A stretch of 64,000 nt of DNA from Octopus vulgaris (lineage: Eukaryota): positions 6,324,001 through 6,388,000 of the forward strand of contig OX597835.1 of assembly GCA_951406725.2 (NCBI GenBank), in the 5' to 3' direction. Made by a program: the position numbers and the translations under genes. Position 1 is the stretch's first letter, and every line of letters begins with the position of its first letter. This document shows positions 50,801-61,091 of this stretch, piece after piece. Below the pieces are notes generated by a model that searched no databases, was not told the origin of the DNA, and worked only from the letters and a program-made list of their open reading frames with translations.

Positions 50801-53800
50801 TCAGGTCACTGTCTGGAATCGAACTCGGAATCTTGGGGTTAGTAGCCCGTGCTCTTAACCACTACGCCATATGCCTGTAGTGTAAAGCAGTTGGCATTAG
50901 GAAGGACAGGCATCCAGCTATAGAAAACCTGCCTCAACAGATTCTGTCTGGCCCATGCGAGCATAGAAAAGTGGACATAAAATGGTGGTGGTGGTGGTGG
51001 TTGCTGCTGTTGTTGTTGTTAAAAGCTCAATTATCATTAATTAATTAATTCTCTTTTTTGAATGTTTCAGAATGTTTTGGAATAATCTGAATCTGTTTTT
51101 GAATTTTTTAGATTATTCGTCATTTGAACAACTGAAGAATTCCATCGATTTAACCAAAATATTTCCTCCAACAATGTTTCAAAGGTAAAAAGACAAAACA
51201 ATTCCAAATTTTACACATTTAAAATTTATTCCATCCAATTGGAAATCAGAAAACAGGCGTTAACTGATGGATGATGATGATTTTATACGTATAGGTATAT
51301 ATAGAAGGTGCATAGTTCATATGTATGTATATATCTGTATGTGTGTCTTTGTGACTGTGCTTGTCCCACTCCCCCCATCACTGCTTGACAATCAGTGTTG
51401 GTGTGTTTACATTCCTATAACTTAGCAATTCAGCAAAAGACACTGGCAGAATAAGTACTAGGCTTAAAAAATAAGGGGTTGATTTGTTTGACTAAAACCC
51501 ATCTAGGCATTGCTCCAGCATGGCCACAGTCAAATGACTGAAACAAGTAAAAGAATAAAAAATAAAAGAACATATATATATATGTATGTATGTATTTATA
51601 CAGTTGGAATTTACAAAAAGTCAAAGCAAAAGATGAAGACAGGTGTGTAAACAACAAACAGATATATTAGTTTTAATGCTCAGGAAGTGAGAAAGTCTTT
51701 TTACGTTTCGAGCCTACGCTCTTGAACAGAAAGGAACTCAGAAATAAGATGAGAGAAAATAAAAAGAGGTTTAGTGGCTAGCAATAAATCATGGCTATAT
51801 TCAGTCTCAGAATATGTTCCCTTTTTTCCTTTCATAATCATCATCACCATCATCATTGGCATGGTTTCTATGGCTGGATGGCCTTCCTAATGCTAACCAC
51901 TCCAAGAGTGTAATGGGTGGTTTTTAATTTGCCAGTTACTAAACACCAGCATCGGCCATGACTGTGATTTTACTTGGCTTGACAAGTCTTCTCAAGCGTA
52001 GTATATTACCAAAGGTCTTGGTCACATGTCACTGCCCCCGTGAAGCCCAAAGTTCAAAGGGTGCTTTTTACGTGCCCCTAGCATGGGTGCCAGGTATTTG
52101 ACACCAGCATCAGCCACGACTGTGATTTCACTTGGCTTGATGAGTCTTCTCAAGCACAGTATATTGCCAAAGGTATCGGTCACTTGTCACTGCCCCTGTG
52201 AGGCCCAAAGTTTGAAGGGTGCTTTTTACGTGCCTCTGGCATGGGTTCCAGATATGCAACACCAGCATCAACCATAACTACGATTTCACTTGGCTCGATG
52301 GGTCTTTTAAAGCATGGCTTATTGCCAAAGGTATCGGTCACTTGCCATTGCCTGCATGAGGTCCAACATTTGAAGATCATACTTTATTACACATTTCAAT
52401 TCTTGTTTATTCTCAACTCAATGTAAAACTTTTTTTTTCTTTTTTACATAAAAAAACTCCCAAAAAACCTCACAAAACTCCGAAACCGTAGTTTCTCCAA
52501 CCTGATATGGCTTATCTTGAGAAAGTTGGGACATTACCTGCAGTCTTACCTGCAGAATATACTGCACGTCATCTTAGGAATGATTGCCACTGTCAACGCA
52601 TGCCTCAAGAATAAACGAAAAATTTACCAAAAAGTTGTGAAATGCTTATTAAAAGCTTCCAGACCGTGTTACCTGCGATTATATCAGGTGAGTTCTTTCT
52701 TTTCTTTTATTTTGTCTTGTTTTGTTCTTTGGATTGTTAACTCTGTTGGCAACAAAGAGTCTCTCTGTCTGTCTATCTTTCCCTCCCTCTCACATTCTGT
52801 ATCTGTTTGTCTGTCTGCCTGTCTCAGTCCCACTCTTTCTGTCTGTCTGTCCTGTTCTCTCCCTCTCCCTCTTTCTATGTTTCTGTCTTTCTTTGCTTTT
52901 CTCTGTGTTTCTCCCCCTCTCTGACTATCTGTTTCCTCCGCTCTCTCTTTTTGTCTGTCTCTCCCCCTCTCTCTGTTTGCCTGCACCCCTCTCTTTCTAT
53001 GTCTCTGTCTCTCTCTCTCTTCATGCCAATTTATATTAATTAATTACACACACCATTAGGTGTGAGTATACAATGTGTACTTATCAATCTCCACATTTTC
53101 CCCCTTCTCTGCAATCAAGTTTAACCCTTCAGGTTTTAAACTGGTCAGATCTGGCCAAAATATTCCATTTGTTTCATCTTCAAACTGGTCAGATCTGGTT
53201 TTTCATGGCTACCATAGAGTGTCATTTTAAAAATTAACAATCATCATCATCATTTAACGTCCATTTTCCGCGCTAGCACAGGTTGGACGGTTCGACCGGG
53301 GTCTGGGAAGCCAGGGGCTGCACCAGGCTCGAGTCTGATCTGGCAGTGTTTCTACAGCTGGATGCCCTTCCTAACGCCAACCACTCCGCGAGTGTAGTGG
53401 GTGCTTTTTACGTGCCACCGGCACAGGTGCCAGGGGAGTCTGGCATCGGCCACAATCGGTTGGTGCTTTTAACATGCCACCGGCATGGAAGCCAGTCAAG
53501 GCGGCGCTGGCATGGGCCACATTCGGATGGTGCTTTTTATGTGCCACCAGCACAGAAGCCAGTTGAGGCGGTGCTGGCATCGGCCACGTTCGGATGGTGC
53601 TTTTTATGTGCCACCGGCACAGAAGCCAGTTGAGGTGGCACTGGCATCGTCCAGTCGAGGCGACATCATTGTAATCTCAAAGTCATGAAATGACGCAGGA
53701 TTAATTAAAAATATTGCTAATTCAGAAGCTTTACATTTGACAAAATAATCTGAATGATAAAGGGTTAAAGACCTTATTATTTAATTTGCATAAAACAGCA

Positions 53801-56800
53801 AGCTCGTAGAATCATTACCTATTTCTTTACTACCCACAAGGGGCTAAACACAGAGGGGACAAACAAGGACAGACAAACAGATTAAGTCGATTACATCGAC
53901 GCCAGTGCGCATCTGGTACTTAATTTATCGATCCCAAAAGGATGAAAGGCAAAGTCGACCTCGGTGGTATTTGAACTCAGAGCGTAAAGACAGACGAAAT
54001 ACCTATTTCTTTTCTGCTCACATGGGGCTGAACACAGAGGGGACAAACAAGGACAGACAAACGGACTAAGTCGATTACATCGACCTCAGTGCGCAACTGG
54101 TACTTAATTTATCGACCCCGAAAGGACGAAAGGCAAAGTCGGCCTGGGCGGAATTTGAACTTAGAACGTGACCGTAGATGAAATACTGCTAAGCATTTCA
54201 CCCAGGATACAAACGCTTCTGCCAGCTCGATGCCTTATCATTACCACATCAGACAATATATGTAACAGCATTTCTTCCCGCCAGTTTGTTGTGCTGTGAG
54301 TTCAAATCCCACTCAGGTTGACTTTGTCTTTCATCCTTTCAAGGTTGATAAAATAAAGTACCAGCCAAGTACTAGAGTCGACATATTTGACTAAATCATT
54401 CCCTTACCAAATTTATCTAATTTATATCTCCGCTTCATCATAATCTTTATTATTATTTTTTTCATTCACTTATTTATTTATTTTTTTTGTGAATTCTTCA
54501 AATTTAATCTTTTTTTTTTTGTTTTTTTTACGTTTTTTTCAATGATGCAGTTCTTCAAAGTTTTTGAAACTTACTCCTTCACACCTCAAGACATTGATTC
54601 CATCTTTGATGTTGTTGTTTGGCCAAAGGTGAGTGAATATATATGTATATATACTTCAATTTTTCTTGTGGCTGTGTGGTAAGAAGCTTGCTTCCCAACC
54701 ACATGGGTTCAGGTTCAGTTCCACTGCATTGCACGTTGGACAAGTGTATTCTTCTCTAGACTTGGGCTGACCAAAGGCTTGTGAGTGGATTTGATTGATG
54801 GAAACTGAAAGAAGCCCTGTCATATATGTATGTATGCATGTATCTGTGTGTGTGTGTGTGTGTTTGTCCTCCACCACTGCTTCACAACCAGAGTTGGTGT
54901 GTTTACATCCCAGTGACCTAGCGGTTCGGCAAAAGAGGAAGATAAAATAAGTATCAGGCTTAAAAGAAAATAAAGTCCTGGGGTTGGTTTGTTTGACTGA
55001 GACCCTTTCAGGGTGGTGCCCTAGCATGGCCACAGGCAAACTATTAAAACAAGAAAAAGGAAAAGAAAATACGTGTGTGTGTGTAATGATTGCAACATCC
55101 AAGCTGCTGTCTGGCACTAAGCAGTGGCAACAAGAACAACAACAACACCACCATCATCATCATTATCCACAACACAAAATAAACATCATCATCATCATCA
55201 TTTAACATCCGCTTTCCATGGGTTGAACAATTTGACTGAGGTCTGGCGAACCAGATGGCTGCACCAGGCCCCAATCTGATCTAGCAGAGTTTCTACAGTT
55301 AGATGCCCTTCTTAATGCCGACCACTCCGAGAGTGTAGTGGATGCTTTTATGTGCCACTGGCATGAGGGCCAGTTTGGTGGTACTGGCAATGACCACGCC
55401 CAAATGGTTGTTTTTTACGTGCCACCTGCACAGGAGCCAGTCTAGCGGCTAAAATAATATTTAATCTTTGCCCTCTGCTTAAGATGGCTAACTGGCATAA
55501 TTGTGAGAGTCTCAGACAATAAAAGATGCTAAATTGCTTAGCGATATTTCTTCCAGCCCTTGATATTTCTGAGTTCAAATCCCACCCAAGGTCAATTTTG
55601 CCTTTCATTCTTTCCGGGTCAATAAAATTTAATTCCAGTGATTGACTGGAGTCAGCAGTGTCAACTAACATGCCCTGCTCCCCATCCCCTAATTGCTGAC
55701 CTTGCCAACCTTGCACCTTCACTCGCAGAATTACTCATTTTGGCTTGGTGAGTGGACTGGGGCAACATGAAATGAAGGGTTTCGCTCAAGAACATAATGC
55801 ATTACCCAGGCCAGGAATCGAAACCACAGTCTTCCAATCATGATTGCTGCAGCCTAACCTCTGAGCCACGCACCTCCACATGCTGGTCTTTTATGGCGAT
55901 CAAAGCACTTAATTCTGTACACTTTCATACAAACTGGATGATGACCCCTGTTTAAAAAAAAGCCCAAACAATATCATTTTAAGGGTTTTGTTGTGAACAA
56001 TAAATACTTTATTTTATTTCACTCTATTTGTAGATTGTGACCCTCCCTAAAGACTGCCTTAATGGACCCACATTCTTGTTGAGACTCTTGAATATTTGGT
56101 CCAAAAATCCTAGGTAAGTCCATTTACATTTTCATTGTTTAACATTCACAAGTGTTATCCAACCTGTTTCTTCTCTCCCTCCTTCACCCTGCCCTCACTA
56201 TACATTCCAGAAAAATGTTTGCTCCACCGGTGGCCAGAGAAAAAAAACGACTTTATTTTTAATATTTTATCACAGTTTAAGGCAACAGGCAAAATGCTTG
56301 GCGGCATTTAATCCGTCTTTATGGTCTGAGCTTTGCTTTTCATCCTTTCAGGGTCAATAAAATAAGTACCTATTTCTTTATTACCCAACCTTTTTGGGGG
56401 CTGATAAAATAAATACCAGTTGAACACTGGGGGTCAATATAATTGACTATCCCCCCTCCCCCAAAGTTCCAGGCCTTGTGCCTATAATAGAAAGGGTTAT
56501 TAATGGTATCTGGTTATAGAATCGGTGGAGTGATAAGCAAAATAGCCTTGCGATATTTAGTGAAGTCTTTTACATTCTGAGTTCAAACCGTAGTCGAGTA
56601 CTTAAATGTTGTTATATTATCATTGTTGATCTCCACTGCCCCATGACAACCACTCATCATCATCATCATCGTTTAGCGTCCGCTTTCCATGCTGGCATGG
56701 GTTGGACAGTGCAACTGGGGTCTGTGAAGCCAGAAGGCTGCACCAGGCCCAGTCTGATCTGGCAATGTTTCTACGGCTGGATGCCCTTCCTAACGCCAAC

Positions 56801-59800
56801 CACTCCGTGAGTGTAGTGGGTGCTTTTTATGTGCCACCGGCACGGAGTGCCAGACGAGGCTGGTAAACGGCTACAATCGGATGGTGCTTTTTACATGCCA
56901 CTGGCACGGAGGCCAGGCGAGGCTGGCAAACGGCCACAATCGGATGGTGCCTTTTACGTGCCACCGGCACGGAGGCCAGGCAAGGCTGGCAAACGGCCAC
57001 AATCGGATGGTGCTTTTTACATGCCACCGGCACGGAGGCCAGGCAAGGCTGGCAAACGGCCACAATCGGATGGTGCTACATGCCACCGGCACGGAGGCCA
57101 GGTGAGGCTGGCAAACGGCCACGTTCAGATGGTGCTTTTTACATGCCACCGGCACGGAGGCTAGGTGAGGCTGGCAACGGCCACGATCAGATAGTGCTTT
57201 ATATGTGTACCAGCACGGACGCCAGTCGGGGCATCGCTGGCACGGCCACGTTCGGATGATTCTCTTATGTGCCACCAGCACTGGTATCGCAGCTACAATT
57301 TCCATTGATGTTGATTGATTTACTATACCAATTCCATCATGTGCGTCTTTCACATTTTCTTTCCTTCTCCAGGCTGTTTCCTTGTTTCCTGAAGACGAAG
57401 ATGATGGATGGCACCAGCGTCTGTCCATTGTCTTTCGTATTCCAGCTTCTCTGCACCAAACGTATCAGCCGGACGGTCAGCTTACACATCGTAGAAATGG
57501 TTATTAACTTTTACAACCCTGAGTTACCTGAGGATGATGAGTTGGAATTTAAATTGGTTGTCGTCAATGGATCAGGTGCACACAGCCAAGATGTGAAAGG
57601 TTTGCTTTGTTATTTTCATTTTTTTGTTTTATTTTACTTAATCATTCTTCTTCTTCTTCTTAGTATTATTATTATTATTATTATTAATTTGACCAGGCTC
57701 CCGTGGCTTTTATGGGTTTTCTCCACGTGAGACCCTTTTCTTTTTTCGAAGCATCTCCTCTATTGGGAGTATTGTAAATTGTTGAATTTTTTTCGTTGTT
57801 GTAAAGCTTGTTTACACGAACTTTTTTCTTTCAAAAAACGGACAAAACCTTTTGTAACCTTTCGTCCTGTTTTGTCCCTTTATGTTTTCTAATCATATTT
57901 GTCAGCCCTTTGTGGCCAATAAAAAGAATTAATTATTATTATTATCATTATTATTATTATTATTTAGTATTTAATCCGGCCAGATCTGGCTTTTCAGACC
58001 TGCCCTAAAATTAAACAATCACATCATTGAAATCTCAAAGGTTCAATTTAACGCAGGATTAATTCAAAACAATTGGAATAAATAAACCAAACATTTGACA
58101 GAATAATCCGAATGCTAAAAGGTTGAATCTTCCCTCATCCATTTTCTCTTGGACATTCTCTAATAATAATAATGATATATTCCGAATTGCAAAACTGTTT
58201 CCTTATTCTCTTGTTTCTTCCTCCTTCTTTTCAGAACTTGGCACTGAAGTCCTGAAACCACATTCTGAAAGCATCATGACATATTTGAAGAATTATTTCA
58301 CCGCTGTTCGCAAAAGATTGGGCATGAAGAAGGCCAACCCCAGAGAATTATCAATACTTTCTCAGTACGTTAACAACTTGTTGCATTATTATTAGTAGTA
58401 GTAGTAGCAGCAGCAGCAGTAGTAGTGGTGGTTTTGGTGGTAGTAGAAGTTATTTGTTGTCTAATGGGATCTATGTTGAACCAAATGATGTATTAAGGGC
58501 TGACCATTTGGTCTAACAAACCATGCAGTTTAATACTTTCATCTAGAATTTTTATGGAAGGTTTTAATTTAGATTACTCTAATCCTTTAGCATTCCGATT
58601 ATTCTGTTAACCCTTTCAATACCAACCCGGCTGAAACCGGCTCTGGCTCTGTAGTACAAATGTCTTGTTTTCATAAATTCTGAACTAAAATCTTCCACCA
58701 AACCTTAATCATAATTTATATTCCTAACACTTGCTTAATGATAACTAATTGTCTGTTCTGGCATGGTTTCTACAACTGGATGTCCTTCCAACCACTTTAC
58801 AGAGTGTACTGGGTTCTTTTTGTGTGACACCAGCACCAGTACCAAAATATCAAAACAACTCAGTGTCTTAATTAGAGCTCTGTAAGATAGCACAAGACAA
58901 GGGTTGACATTAAGGATCTGCTGCCACGTTATATCACTCACCAGAACACCCGAGTCTCTTAATTAACTCTAAACTGATACCATACAGTTGTTTTTATTTT
59001 AAATATTCCTCAAATGCTAAGAGGCCTTCAAGTGGTTGTGAGACACATCTCTCCCTGGATAGGATGCTAATCTTTGCACACCAACAAAGGTGATCAATAC
59101 AGACCCTCTAATATGTGTGGTTCATTCAAAAATTCCACTGCAGTGTTTTCTGAGACTATACCAGGCAACAGCTGTAAATATTTTGCCAAAACTGACCTTG
59201 CCTGTGCTTGTGCCATGTAAAAAGCACTAAGTCCACTCTGCTGGGTGGTCGGTGTTAGGAAGGACATCCAGCTATAAAAATCCTGCCAAAACAGTCACAG
59301 AAGTCTGGTGTAGGCTTCCGCCTGTCTGGCTCCTGTCAAATTGTCCCACTCATACCAGCATGGAAGGCAGACTTTAAATAACAATGATGACAAGGGTGGG
59401 GCTGAAAAGTTCCTGGTTTTGGGTAAAAGAAAATACAAGAGGATCCGTTAATTATGATTTTATTCCACATATTCCTCTCTCAGATTCACATACTTATTGC
59501 ACCGGTCCTTCAGTTTCTCTAAGTTCTGTAGAAGAACTCGGAAGGTTGAACCACCAACCAAGCATTTCGTGACACCCTTAAAGCCAGGAACTTTTCAGCA
59601 CCCGCTCATCTGCCTGTATGTTTGTGCACACCTTTGAATGCAGTGTATGGCAGAAAGTTTGCAAATCTAAGGGAGGCCTCAAAAGACATTTTACGATCCA
59701 CAAAGATCAGAACTTATCTCCAGCTCTTGGTGGTCTAAATTGGATATGCAATCTATTTGGATGGCTTTCAGAACGTTGTCTGGTTTAAAAAGCCACATCA

Positions 59801-61060
59801 GATGTCATGATGGTTCTAAGGTGTGGGTACAGGAGGTGGTCAGACTCTGCAGAAGGAGTAGACATCCACCATATATATATATACTAGCAGTATCGCTCGG
59901 GTTTGTAAGGGAAATAACTATAAAGCATTTTTAGAGAGTTATAGCCAAAAAAATGCATTAAAAATGGGGAGAAAATGATGGTAAATTTTTTTTTAAATCG
60001 TTGACTCATCGTAGACATTTTTAGAGAGTTACTTCCCTTATATAATAGCGAAAAAAAATGCATTAAAATGGAAAAAAATGATGGTAAATTATTTTTTAAA
60101 TTGTAGACGCGCGCTAATACCCAGAAGGGCTCGATATGAATCACGACTATAAGATACCCGGTTTTGGTTAAACTTCACCGCAAAATGTGGGAGTAGTTAG
60201 GAATCTAAATCGTAGGAGACAGACAGCACACAACCTCACTTTTATATATAAAGATATATATAATGTTCTTTCTCTCTCTCATTGATGTTCTGTCTCTTTT
60301 TCTCTCTCGTGTCCTCTCTAGCATCTCAGCTGATGTCACTGACAGCCGACTTTGCTCTGATCTGGTGAGACTTCTCCTTCCATTCTTGATCAAGAAAATA
60401 CCTCGTACCACGGTAAGTAACTCTCTGTCACTCTCCCTATTAAAATCTCCCCTGACCCCAATTTTTATTTCTTTGCTGTATTTTAATGCCTTATTTTTTG
60501 GTCATTGTTGTCCTTCATATTTTATATTTTGGTTGTATGGATATACTACACTCCTGCCTTGTGAACATTATTGACAGCATTTGGAACACCTGTACATCTT
60601 TGTTACTCATTTATATTTCATTCACCTCACCTGGAATCTGCACCTTGGAAATACTATAGAAAGTACCTTTGTAAAAAGTGCATGTCTGAATTACCAAAAA
60701 CAGACATCTTCACTTAGCTCGTTTGCATTGTCTACACACATGGCAGGAATATCAGGTAAAAATACCCCTGCACTTGATGTTCAATATTTAATCAATATTG
60801 TTTGCTTGTGTGGATTATACTGACCTTGCAAGGTGCCTCAATTTAAGTACCTAATTCAATGGAACCTTATATATATATATATATATACATACACATATGC
60901 ATATATATGGCTGTGTGGTAAGTAGCTTGCTAACCAACCACATGGTTCCGGGTTCAGTCCCACTGCGTGGCACCTTGGGCAAGTGTCTTCTACTATAGCC
61001 CCGGGCCGACCAAAGACTTGTGAGTGGATTTGGTAGACAGAAACTGAAAGAAGCCTGTCG

Positions 61061-61091
<31 letters not shown>

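Noticed and set aside
51071-51111. Alternative upstream acceptor for UTP20 exon 28
   Set aside because: Adds 41 nt and shifts the frame; the acceptor at 51111 fits phase and homology
59625-59820. Nested C2H2 zinc-finger gene
   Set aside because: Cys ligands are lost, there is a frameshift and no TGEKP linker; it fits a LINE C-terminal finger better
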